Source of the DNA: Moniliella sp. 'wahieum'
Lineage: Eukaryota
Length of the DNA: 64,000 nucleotides
NCBI GenBank assembly: GCA_003971905.1
Contig: RSEE01000005.1
Coordinates: 682,001 to 746,000 of the forward strand
Direction of reading: 5' to 3'
A program made the translations under genes and the position numbers. The notes under the pieces were generated by a model, which made no database searches, was not told the origin of the DNA, and saw only the letters and a program-made list of their open reading frames with translations. Below, in pieces: positions 50,160 to 62,400 of the stretch. Within the stretch, counting starts at the first letter, position 1, and the number at the start of each line of letters is the position of its first letter.

Positions 50160-52078
50160 TCAGATGAAGATCATGTCGCCCTCTGTTCCACAAATGGGCG
50201 GGCGAGACCGATCGGGAGGGCAGGTATCGATGCGGGGGACGAAGGGGGGGGGTGGTGGAATAGGACCGTGTACGACAGACACGGGCGAAGCAGGAGAAGC
50301 ATCAGGCGACGCAGAAGACGAGGAGGGGAAAAAGTATCCTCCCAAGCCCTGAAGCGCTAGCGATGTGAGTGCCAACAGGCTTTCCGGCTGCGGTGCAAGA
50401 GGGGGCAAGTCCTTGTCCTCCCACGAAAGCGGTGGAAGAGTCAGATCCCGGCCCAGTTGGAAGAAGTCCGGCCCCGCACTTCCCGGGAGGGGAAAGATCC
50501 CATGCGACGGAGCAGGGTGGACAGCAGCAAGGGAGAACGTCCATTGGGGGTAAAAGTCGGTTTCCCGTTTGGCAGAAACAGCAAGGGTGTGAGAGACGGA
50601 TCCTGGCACATGCGATTTCACTGGGGTAGATACCACCGTCTCATCCGACTTGGGTTCGAAGCAGAAGGAGGAGGAGCTCCCATCCGGGCTGGTGGGGGCA
50701 GTGGATACAGAGATGCGCAGGCCCTGCTCTGAGGCTGAAGAGTCTGTCGAAGCCGCATAACTGCTGACCGGGTCGATCCCAAGAGGGGGGGGTGGGAGCG
50801 TGCACGCTCCTCCCGTTCCTGAGCCAGGGTGCCGGCTAGAGTAAGAATCTGTTGACGCATAGCCCCCAGGAGCTGAACAGTCGATTCGGGAGAAAGTCCC
50901 ATGGGAAGAGAACTGGTACCAGTCCGGCAGGTGCGTTCGTATCGTCGTGGGAGAGAGACCAAGGCCGGTGCCAGCTCGGCAGGAGTGAGATCAGGTAGCG
51001 TACCACCAGCCGGGAGAAGACTGATCATGCGCACGGCTTTAGCGGCGAGACCGGCACGGAGGTGGGCCTGTTCATTGGCTCGCTCAGTCTCGGTAGCCAG
51101 CTTGCCCTCCAGCTCAGCGCAGCGTTGTCTCCACCCGGAAATGTCGTCGAGGTACGTGTCCCGCTCGTGCTGGGTGAGAGCCAGGGTTTCCTCCAGTTGA
51201 CAGATACCGGCCTTGTGTGCCTCCTCGGTCATCCGGGCTTGGGCTAGTAAGCCTTCGAGAGACTGAATGCGCGCTGCCAACGTTTCGCGCTCCTGCTCCC
51301 AGGAAGAAAAGTGGGGTGCATGCTGCTTCTGGCTTTGGCTCATGAGGTTTTGGACATGGGCATTCTCCTTGGCGATGGAGTCAGTTGAAGGAGGACGGGA
51401 GATGGTGGGAGATGGAGGGTGCCAGAGCTGGTTCTCCTTCTTCTCTTCATAAAAATCCTCTTCTTCTTCTTCCTCTTCCTCGAGGAGGGTAGAAAGTCCC
51501 TGCCCAGGTGGGGAAGGGGGAGATGATGGGGCTGGTAGGCTAGCTTGGACAGGCTGGACGGGGTCTGCAGGCTCTTTCAGAGAGTTGGGGCGGGAACGGC
51601 CCTCGAGCTTGTCCAGAGCCGATTGGCGGTCGCCCAAGTCTCCGTCGCGGTGCGCGACAGCGGGGAGAGGCAGAAAGTCCTGGTGGGCAAAGGCAGAAAA
51701 GAGGACGGAGGCGCTGGCCACGGATTCGCGGGAGAGGCGGAGCGATTTGCGCTGGTCGGCCGACGAGTAGCTTCCGGGGATGCTAGCCAGGTCCTGCTGG
51801 CCCGTCACACTGGCATGCCGTTCATGACGACTGGAGCGCTTAGGGGGCGAGGTGAGAGGCGGGGCAAACAGCAGCGCCGCGTCCTGCACGGACGCCCGCG
51901 TCGAGGCTGAGCGCGAGTGGCGGCGCGGCGGGCGGGCAGACATCTGCGGCAAGGCCAAGTCGAACGCACCAGGCGTGACAGGGAGGGGCTGGGGATGCAC
52001 GTGTGCGTAGGGGAGATGGACGGCCAACTGGATGCAAGGACGAAGGCGTCGGCAACGTTGACATATACGGCGCAGCAC
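50160..52078 (-). CDS. Hypothetical coiled-coil protein
   Basis: 486-aa ORF with poly-Glu tract and heptad region (WEQERETLAARIQSLEGLLAQ..ERDTYLDDISGWRQRCAELEGKL), probably continuing by frameshift into ORF 50160-50636. Start uncertain. Confidence 0.6.
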
Positions 52079-52470
52079 CTAGTTAGTACTGGCGGCTGGT
52101 GGGCTAGTCGCCCCGCTCAGCCGTAGCCTTCAGCCCAGCCCAGCCCCCAGGGGCGGCACAGCGCCCGTGTGTCAGCCCCGGCTCCATCCCTCACCTGAAA
52201 TATAGCAGCTTGTAACCACAACCACCTGCCCATCCACGTGCTCCTCGGACGATCCGGCGCTGGACACGGAGCGAGTTGCGCCTGCAGCAACAAGTTCCCA
52301 TGTCGCACGTCGCAGGCGCCAACTCACCACACTCACCCGAAGCACCGACCCATTTTTCCAAAGCATGCTTACCTGGCTGGACCGCACCTTCCCAACCTAT
52401 CGAGTAGCCTACCAGTAATGCAGTAATGCACACGACACGTCTGCAAAAATGGCAGGGACACGTCCATTGC

Positions 52471-53884
52471 TTAGTTGTGTTCCTTGAGAGGTGTGGCCTG
52501 GCCGGCCTTGACATTGCCCCAGCCAATCAGACGCCAGTGCTTGTCCACCCGGCGCGACAGCGCCACTTTTTCGTCGTAGTCCGCGCACACCGGCTTGGTC
52601 AGTGCGATTCGGACCATGTCCGCCTTGATCGACAGCACCCTCCCGCCCGTGGTGAGGGAGCCAATCGAGAGCATCAGCACCTCGCCCGCCTCCAGCTTGC
52701 GCACCTTGACCTGCTTCTTGTCGTCCGACGCCACACCCAGCAGCCGCGCAAGAGGAAGTAGGACAGCTCCAGTTCATGGTACACCGTCGGCAGCGACCCG
52801 GTCTCACCGAGCACCTGCCCCACAATTCCATCTCCGCGACACAGCGTCGGGTCCATCTTGGTCCCCGCACCAATCAGCCCACCTGGCACGGCAAAGTCCA
52901 AATTGTTGTGTTCGGCGTGGAGCGAGACAACACGGGTTTGGATCGGCATGGTGAGCAGGTTGCCCTGCTCATCGCGCGTGCTCAACCCGGGTCGCACCTC
53001 CACCTTCTGTCCCACCTTGAGCACACCGCGCAGGATTGAGCCTCCTGCCACACCACCCTGCAGCTCCTCCACCTCCGCTCCTGGCTTGTTGACGTCAAAG
53101 GAACGGATGATAATCAGACGCGCCGGAGCGGTAAAGTCGCGGAGGGGGATAGGGATGGTAGTGACCAATTGTTCCAGAACGGCATCAATGTTGTACTTGA
53201 GCTGGGCACAGATGGGCACAATGGGCGAGTTGGCCGCCTGGGTCTTGTGGGTAAACCGCTTGATTTGCCGCCAGTGTTCCTGGGCCGCCTCTTCGCGGAT
53301 CAGATCCACCTTGTTTTGCAGAATGATAATGTGGTCCAGGCGCATGATCTCAACGGCAGCCAAGTGCTCGGACGTTTGCGGTTGCGGGCACGGCTCGTTC
53401 GCCGCGACCAGGAGCAAGGCAGCGTCCATGACCGCCGCACCGTTAAGCATAGTGGCCATAAGAATATCGTGCCCGGGACAATCAACAAAGGAGACGTGGC
53501 GAACGAGGTTGAGGGTGCCGCCGCACCCGGGACGCTCACACTTGGGGTGGTCTTCCTTGTCGCTGGGGAAGGAGGCGTAGTTGCCTGGGCGCAAACAGGA
53601 CGGGTTGTCGCATTTGTAAATCTTGGCATTGGCGTACCCAAGCTTGATCGTAATGTTGCGCACCAGCTCGTTCTTGAAGCGGACCGTCTGGACACCCGAG
53701 ATGGCCTTGACTACGGTCGACTTGCCGTGGGCGACATGACCAATGGTGCCAATGTTAATGGTGGCCTGGCGGCGGATGACCTCAGGGGGAGAGGGGTGAG
53801 GGCGTCGGCGTTAACGCTGATGTTGCGGACGCCATCGGTGATGCTCTCGATGGTGGCGGGGGCCTGGAGCTCGTCAAAAGCCAT
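52471..53884 (-). CDS. GCD11: Translation initiation factor eIF2 gamma subunit
   Basis: [83 protein letters not shown]. No intron seen; about two frameshifts. Confidence 0.96.
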
Positions 53885-54651
53885 GGTGCGAGAAGAGGTG
53901 GTGGCGGCGGCGTGTGGGCAAAAAAGGCGGGCTGGGCAGATGGCCGAAGAAGGCAAAGAGGAGACACAATATTTTGCGGGCTGACGTAAGACACTCGACA
54001 CCTCCCCCCTACGGGCTGCTGGGTGGGCGGAGGGCAGGCGGACACGGGTGAGTCAGCGGAGGCGGGCTAACCCTAGTGCGCCTGCCTGTGGAGTTGGCTC
54101 GGTGGGATCGCAGCGGTGGTGCTCGCCAGTCACGCGTCACGAGTCACTCCGTCCCAGGCGGGCGAGAAAGCTTCGGCGGCGGTTGGATCGTGTGCCTGCC
54201 GACCGGCGCTTGCGTCAGCTCCTCCACCAGTGTAGAAGGCCCTCGCAGGGGGGGCAGGCTGACCAGCGTCTCGCGCTGGTCTCCTAATTGAATAATGAGC
54301 TAGCTCGGACCGAAAACGGATGAACGAAGAAGAACACCTCCGGTCCACTCTGGGCATAGTGCCCACAGCAACAAGCAGCATCTACGGAACAAGGAGTGGA
54401 GAACAACGGCTGCCGTCATGCATGCCAATACTTAGAACAAATCAGCCCAATCTGGGCTTAACGGCCCGGTGGCACACGCAGTACGGCAGAATGGCAAACA
54501 CGATACACCACTCAGTCCAAACACACATATCATCAGCAGCTGCTTACTTACGCGACACCTCAACAGGCATAAGGTGTCACGGATACGATCGTCTAATCAA
54601 TCTTCATGTCCAAGGCAATCTCACCCAAGGCAGTTCCAGGTCCCCGGCGAC

Positions 54652-56817
54652 CTACTTGCGCTTGTTCTTCTTTTTCTTGTTTTTGCGCGGCCCCGTGCCA
54701 CGGGAGAGGGAACCGTAAGGGGTGGATGTGGTACTTGAGATCCCCTCCGAAGGCGGTTTGTCCTTGACCTCCGCCTCGTCCGCCTCGGCCGCACTGGTCC
54801 CGTTTTCGGGCGCAGAGACCGTTTCACCGGAGCGGACACATTTCCGTGCCCGCCGCGGGAACAGACGAGGGGGCATCCCGTTCCTCCTCCGGCTTCGATT
54901 CCGGCTTCTTCGCTTCCGGCTCCGACTGAGGCGAAGGCGTAACCACCTTTGATGTGTCGACAGCCTCTGCCGCTGCAGCCGGGACTGGCTGGCTGCCTTC
55001 TGGGGACAGTGCCTCCACCGCCTCAGCCACTGGCTCTTCCGTTACTGTCTCCTTGGCTGTCGAATTTGCCTCCGCCTCCGTCTCAGCCGGAACAGCCAGA
55101 ATTGGAGTTGCGGCTGGTGCAGGAGTCGGCGCGGGAACCTGCGATGAGGCGCGACGGAGCTGGAGGTGAAGTAGGGAGGCTGGGACGTTTTCTGAACCCG
55201 AGGTGGAAACACGACGAATGGTTCCGTCGCCAGGCACGGTGAGCAGGTCGCCCGTGCTGATGGCCGAGTTGGAGCGGGACCGTGAGTTGGGCAATGGCTC
55301 TTGCTCCGGGGTCCAGGTGGCAGTGCGCTTGATCTGCACGCGGCGGAGCGGGGCATTGGCAAGGGAAGAAAGGGTGGATGTGGTGCCGGAGGTACCTGTG
55401 CCAGTCTGGTCGTTCAAGGGGGTGAGAGGACTGGATGCCTTGCCCCCGATTGGGCGGGGGAAGGGAGCCCAAATGTGCTCCGGCGGGCGGGGATGCGCTT
55501 GTTGCGGCGGCGCTCGATAATGCCCCGCACCAAAGGCTGCCATGCACCTTGTTTGGCGGCGGCAGAAGCATTGTGGGGTTGAGAACGGGTGACCTTGACC
55601 TTATTGTGCACATCGAGATAGACGTCAAACTCATCCACAATCTCGCGTCCAATCATTCCTCAATCACGTCTTCAAGCGTCACCACGCCCAACGCACCGCG
55701 GGGCTCGCCAGGGTAGTCCGAGACAAGTAGCATGTGCGACCGGCCCTGCTGGAAGTAGTTGAGACAATCAAACAGGGTGAGCTCGGGTGGAGCTTCGGGC
55801 AACGCAGCAAGCTGGAAGCGGGAAACTTGCTCGGCGTCCTCGGGGTCATACGAGATGAGGTTCTTGACGAGGAGCATACCCAGCACGGCGTCCGGCTTGC
55901 CTGGTTCATGTACGGGGATGCGCGAGTAGCCGTGGTGAACCAACGTTGCCACTCCAGCCTCGTCCAAGACCGCATCTGACGGCAGCGTAAACAATCCTCG
56001 ATCGGCGTCATAATGTCCTTGACTGTCTTGTCGTTCAGGTCGAGCACGGCTCGAATGATGGTCACCTCATCGTTCGTCAACGTTTCTTCACCCAGCGCCT
56101 GGTGCAACGAAACAAAGGTCTTGAGTTCGGCCTTGCGATAAACAGTACCATGTTCTTCGCCCAGGCACCAGTCGAGCAGTTTCGCCGTCGGCCAGGCAAT
56201 GGGCGCGAGGAGAATCATGACTGCATGCACCATAGGTGCACAGTACGCGCCGATCGCCAGACCATACCGGGCACAGATGGCCTGTGGGACGATTTCACCA
56301 AGATGACAATGAGCAGGGTCGATGTCAACACGGCACTCAGACCGCCGCCAAAATCAGAGAGAAAGACGGGCAGCGTTTCATTCACAATTACGTTGCCCAA
56401 GAGGGAGAACGACGAGGACCCAGTGTCGGCCCTTCTCGAGCAGATTGAGCACGACGCGCGCCTCGCGTTGCTCAGACTCGGTACCACTTGTACTGAGGAC
56501 TTGAAGGTTGACCATATCCAGCCCCATGAGCCCCAGTGTTAAGCCGGCAAAGACACCGCCGAGAAGGACAAGACCTGCGATGCTGAGCAGGCTCATGATC
56601 AGCTGGGCGTCGGTACGGGGTGGGGCAGGCAGCGTAGAGCCGCCATGGCCGAGGCTGGAGACGGGGGCGGCGGCAAGGAACGGCAGCAGAGGGAGGGCAG
56701 CGATGGGGCGGGCGGCGAGGAGGAGGGAGAGGAGGCCGTGGACGAGGCGGGCGCGGGTGCGAGGGCGTAGGCGGGGCCCAGGCGCGACCAGCTGGGCGGT
56801 GGGGGGGGCGGGGGCAT
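54652..56817 (-). CDS. MAM3: CNNM/DUF21 plus CBS-domain membrane protein (MAM3-like)
   Basis: LVLLGGVFAGLTLGLMGLD, LLGNVIVNETLPVFL, YRKAELKTFVSLH, GYSRIPVHEPG, FQQGRSHM, GVVTLEDVIEE. Confidence 0.9.
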
Positions 56818-57564
56818 GCGGGGGGGGGTGGCGGGGGTGGTGGGGGCGAAGACGCAACGGGCGGTCGAATGTTATTTCTTGCCACTCGCCCTCTCGCTCT
56901 TCCGGCCTCGTCCGCCCGATTCAGGCGGCAGAGGGCAGCAGAAGAGCGGCAGACGCACGGGGCAGCATCCAAGCGTAAGAAAATGCTTGAAGCCTGACGC
57001 ACAAAGCCTAATTGGCCTCATGCATCATGCCGCAGACGCCCGCAAGAGACGGGGCTAGGGTTGTCCATGCGCTCGTGTCACCATGTCACCACATGTCAAC
57101 ACGCGGTCAACGCACCCTGTCCGCCATATTGGCGTACAATACTTAGTACTTATGGCCAACACACCCGGCACAGCGGTCTCCATGCTCAACTAACACCGGC
57201 GCCGGCTTCCCTCGCACGCTCCGCCGGCCCCTTGCGCATGTGGAGACGGGGAACAGCCAGCAACCCACGCGAGCGCTTCCGCCGTGCCCTCAAGCATTTG
57301 AGGGTGGCTCGATTCGTATCCGCAAGCTTCGCTGATAATCGTAATCGATAGCAATCGATCGGAGAGGCCGATCCCACCTTTTTTGTTGCTCGGCAGCTGG
57401 CACACCCTCCGATGACTCCGAGTATCTCTACGAGTATCTCCGGACGCGCTGCTGCCATTAATCAGCATTTGTCCCACGCAAGCCAACCGCTCGAAGCCTC
57501 TCCTCACGCACCGTCCATCCTTCTTGCGGCTCCAGGCCTCCCCTCCTGTCTTTCCAGTCCTCCC

Positions 57565-58037
57565 ATGTCCCCTCTCCCGCCGCCCGCACCCGACTCGACG
57601 CTCCCGGGTGGCTACACTCTCGTGGTGGGGCCTCCACCGTTGGACGAATACCTACGCCTGCGCCGCGAGACCGGCCTGTCACCCAAGACGGCGGAGCAGG
57701 GACGGCCGGCGCTGGCCAACAGCTGGTCCTGGGTCCATGTTGTGGCCAAGGGGGATGATCAGGCGCACCCTCGTGTTGCTGCGATGGGCAGGGTCATGGG
57801 CGATGGGGGGTGGTACTACTGCATTTGCGACATGGCCACCGATCCTGACCACCAGCGGCGCGGGCTGGGCAAGTTTGTCCTTTCGTGGCTGCTGAAGGAC
57901 ATTCGGGCCCGCTCCCTCCCGGCGCCTACATTACCCTCACGGGCGATCCGCCTGGCCAGAAGCTGTATCGCTCCTTGGGCTTCAAGGACTCTCACCCCAG
58001 CTTGGGCATGTACATCCTCGACCCCAAAAGTGACTAA
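57565..58037 (+). CDS. GNAT-family N-acetyltransferase (AttT-like); one frameshift near 57922
   Basis: EYLRLRRETGLSPKT, MGRVMGDGGWYYCICDMATDPDHQRRGLGK (acetyl-CoA motif A), then in the shifted frame AYITLTGDPPGQKLYRSLGF. Confidence 0.85.
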
Positions 58038-58607
58038 AAAAACCGAGCCATACCCATCTCAATCCCGTTCCCTCTTCACACATGGCGCGAAGAATGCAAC
58101 CTGGTGCCGGCCAAACGAGGCATGCCGCTCTCGCGCTATGCAGTTGGTGCGCCCCACCCGTTCTTTGCTTGACTGTGAGCGGGAATGGTCTCTGGTTGTC
58201 CGTGTCCCATGTGATCGGGTGGGATGTGTCTGGAGGTAGCATGGTGAACAGAGAGACAGTTTGTTGGAGGCATCGTTGGAGAGAGTGGGGGGTGGAATGT
58301 CCTCGGCTGAATACATTTCCCACACTCCTATTGCTGAGGCCAAAGGAAAACAAAGCCAAAAAGCGAAGCCAAATCCGAGCCGGGCAAAGCCGCAGCTAGG
58401 CACGTGCCTCCGCGTGTGGCGCAGCCTCGTTAGCAGGCGAAAGGACGCAACTGCTGTTTGACTGGGCGGAACACCGCACAGACACCTGAGGCCTGTCAGT
58501 CCACAGGGCAATCTAACTTTCCGCGCTCGTTCTCACGCTCGTTACGCCACCAGCCATCCCCCTGCCGCCCCGACACGCTCCAGCCTTATCATCACCAACA
58601 TCCTCTG

Positions 58608-60950
58608 ATGCCCTCTTCTCTCCGCGCTCCGTTCGGTCGCGATAATGGTGCCTGTCCCGGCAGCCCAGCGCTCGGGCACGCCTCCGGGTCCATTTCCCGA
58701 ACCAAAGCGGCCTCAGCCCCGTCGGCAGTCAGCACAGCACTTCCCCCCCTGGCTAGCGCCGCCGACCAGTTTTCCACCTGCCTCGATGCCGTTCGTAAAG
58801 CAGTCTATGCCCAGGAAGAGAGGAGACATGCCGCTTCCCAAGGAGCGGGAAACGATTGCCCCGGCCACGTGGACGGAGGAACGATGGCGCAGGTGGATGA
58901 TCTTTCTACCACGCCACTGTCGCTTTCAATCGATTTCATTCCTCCTTTCCCTGTGCACGACAGAAGGGGAACGGAGTTTGATGACCCTGCACGATCCGCG
59001 CAGTTCTTCCTCGCTAGCAAGTGGGACCAGTTTGGATCAGAGCTGTGGGAAGGAGGACACCTGGGTCCCTCTAGCCCACAGGATGTGCCACGACGTGGTC
59101 GGCAAGCGCTGCTTTACGTGCCGAGCAACTTACAGCGGTTTGGGGCGAGGTGCAGGAAGAAGTAGACCTCCGCCGGCGCGAGGTGGTGGAGGACAAGCAG
59201 ATGCATGTGTTTGCTTCGGTGGTGGGGCAGGCGAATGAGCTAATGGACTCGCTCCAGCGCGCGCTGGATGCACAACAGGACGTGGTTCATCAATGGAGCG
59301 AAGTTGAGACATCTGTTTCGGCCGTGCTGGGACCGCCCCTGCCCCATGGAAGCCCTCAGCCCACGCAGACCTATTGGATGCTCAAGTCAACCGTGGAGGA
59401 GATCGAGAAAGGATTCACCGCCGTCGAAGCGTTTGGCTCACAACTTCAAAAACGTGGGAAAAAGACTGAGATCAAAGTGGGGTATTACGTTCCTAGTGTG
59501 GAGCGGGCGTTTGCTGGGTTGGGTGCCATGCTCCATTCCCGCACTACGTTGCACGGTGGAGAGGAGCGGATGCGCCAGCAAGCTGTCACACGTTGGGATA
59601 GGCTCACGGAAGCCTCGGCAGCCCAGAGCAAGGAGAGCAGAAGGTGCAAGGCACGGCAAGAAAAGGTTCTGCTTCTGCTGGCAAAGGAACTCCTGACATA
59701 TAACGATGCAGATCCTACCCTGGTACGGTCCGCCCTCGCCCTTGTTCTCGCCGCCAACGCCGTCGCGGGGAGAGCAAGCGGAGCAACGAGCACCCATCCC
59801 CCAAAATGGTACTACTACCCCACCGGGGACCAAAAAGAAGATACCATCTTCGTCCTCTTCCTTGCCTCGCTTATCTCGATCACGCCCCCCCGTGAGCTTG
59901 GGCAAATGGACGCCTTCCCCTTCGCCCTCGGCAACCAGCCGGCAGCGCATGTCACATCAGGTTTCAACCGCGCTAACTCCCACTGAGCACCGTGCCATCC
60001 GCCTCCTCCACCCCTGCCGCAGAGGGCCCGACCAGCACACCGCCCTCTCCCTATCGGGCTCTTCTCGGGGGAAGAAAGCGGATGCGCGTCTGTTGCGCCC
60101 GTCTGTTCGGGGCTCCGAAGGCTCTGCCCGATCCACGAAAGGAGTGCCCTTTCCTGCCAGACCATATCCAGCTCCTGCCTCCAAGACCTGCCAGGTCCTT
60201 GTTCCCCACATCCCGCTCGGTGGGCAAGTTGGACAGCACCCACTCCCTCTATGATTCCTCGGCGTCCTTCTCTTCTCCAGTGTGACCAGTGCAAGTGGCG
60301 CCAGTGGCAGCGGCACCACCACCACCGCTACCTCTGCCTCCTTTTCCACTCTCCCCACCCCCCGTCGACGCGGCGCGACAGGTGCTCGAACGGCGTCACG
60401 CGCCTCCGTTGGCTCGAGCACGAGCACCGTTGCTCCTACCCCGCCCCAGTCGCCCGCGAGGAGGGTGGAGAGGGTGCGTGGCCCAACGCCCGATGCGGGC
60501 GTGGTGCAGCGTGCCGCCGCTTAGGGGCGTTTGGCCCGGTGCCATCCGCCCGGTGTCCCGATCGGACCCCCGAGTGCGAACCCCAAGTTTTCCCGTGCCT
60601 CGTCCGCGCTTCGGCGCGAGAGACAGTTTACGGCGAAAGCTCGGGGGGGCACTACCGGCCGAACAGGTTGGATGCCCTGGACGTTGCGGTGGCCCGGGTG
60701 GCCAATACGTTAGGAGTCAGCATTGGCCGTCTTGAGCCTCCCCTGTCGCCGGGGCAACGGTTGGACTTGAGCCCTGGGAAGAGCTGCAGGGCCGGTACGT
60801 ACTGGCGGGCTTCCGGTCAGTTGCAAGGTCCTCCAGCTCCACCGAGGCCGGCAGGATGGGAAGGCGAAGACGGTGTGCAAAGTCATGGTCCGCTCGGAGG
60901 GGTTGTGGCAGGATCTCGAGACGTGGCTCTTGAACCATATTGAGCGTTGA
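58608..60950 (+). CDS. GAS2/GAR-domain protein (predicted microtubule-binding), frameshifted
   Basis: Helical N-terminal region, Ser/Thr-rich linker, then HYRPNRLDALDVAVARVANTL and hand-translated KVMVRSEGLWQDLETWLLNH, resembling the GAR motif VMVRVGGGW..L...L. Confidence 0.6.
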
Positions 60951-61936
60951 CATGTGGACAAGCACCGCTGCCTATCCGGGAACCCCCGCTCTTTACTATG
61001 GTCCCACCAAACACGTTGAATGGCCTCGTATCTACCTTTACATTGTCATACCCCATCTTGTTTCCTCCGTGGTGGATCCCCCTCGTCCTATGTGGATCTA
61101 AAGTCCAAATCACCGCCCCGCTCCTCTCCCTCCCCCACATACTCACCTCCCTGAACAAAGATGCATTCCCTCGTTGGCCTTCAATTCCAACAAGGCCGCC
61201 TTTCCTGCACAGGGTGGATAATGCGGGCCACCGCCACTGGGGGTGCATCAGGCTTCGGCCACTTCTCGGGGACGATCACTCGAGGTAGGATGGGAACCAC
61301 ACGAGTTAGGACAGTGGCCCCACAGGTCCCGTATCCCCCAGTAGTGTGTATCCAGGTGAAGGAAGCTAAGCGCTCTTGGGTTCTAGGAGCAGAGTGATGG
61401 CCCTATCTGCTCACTCGCCTGAACCTATAGGCCGCGAGGCCTTCTCCCAACCTACCCCATCCGCACCAACAACAATTGCAGACCAAGATGAGGAAGGGAG
61501 GCAATATACCATCCCTGTGTGAGTTCATGTAGATGGGCTGACCTGCGATTTCTATCTTGACAGCCTTTGCCGCAGATGAGCGAATGGATCGAATCCAAAA
61601 CTAGAAAAAAGCCAGGGATGCGTGGGGAACATCGGATAGATAGAAGTAAGACGTCGGAGAGAGAGAAGGGGAGGGAGATGAGGAGGTGCAGCACAGAAAG
61701 ACAAGCTTGGGTCGAGAGACCAAGAAGCATAAGCGGACTTTGCCAGCGACGATGGTAAGACCGGAAAAAGAGGGATGTCAAACCCAACCCCCCAGCGCGT
61801 GGGGCGGTATATACATAGAGCTTGTCAAGCAAGGTGGGGAAGATGTGAGTCCATGAGAATGCGCCCGAAATGAAGGCCGGGGCAGGTATGGCGGGGCCAG
61901 GTGCGATAAAGTAAAGAAGAGGTGCGTGGATGGGGC

Positions 61937-62400
61937 TTAGTGGGCCAAGCCATGAGTGGCCGCCGTCCGCTCGGCTTCGAGACGTTGCTTGTTGGCTTGG
62001 AACGCCGCGTGACGCACTTGGTCTTGCATTGCACACTTGTGTTGCTCCGGCAGGCGGTGTTGGGCGCAGAATTGGAGCTTGCAGTGCGGGCATTCGCCCA
62101 CCAGCCGCACCGCAGCATCCCGGCACTGGGCGTTGGCACCCTCCTGGGTCAGCTGGCCTGCATTGTGTTGGCAGCGCTTCTTGCCTCCGCCGCGGAGGCG
62201 GAGAACGAGCGCAGGTCGTCGGACGGGAGCGACTCGGCATCGGCGACCCACGAGTGGGTTGCGGGAGAGAAGAGCCGCTGCTCGTCTACCGCAAAGCCAG
62301 CTAGGCCGTGGAGGAGGGCCTTGGCCTGGGCGCCGGTGGCGCCAGCGGGGAGGGAGAGGGGCCAGGCGTGGCCGGACACGGAGCGGACAGTGAGCTGCAT
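61937..62400 (-). CDS. Ubiquitin-like domain fused to AN1-type zinc finger
   Basis: MQLTVRSVSG..VDEQRLF, frameshift, LVLRLRGG-GKKRC..C..ECPHCKLQFCAQHRLPEQHKC (AN1 pattern). Confidence 0.85.
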
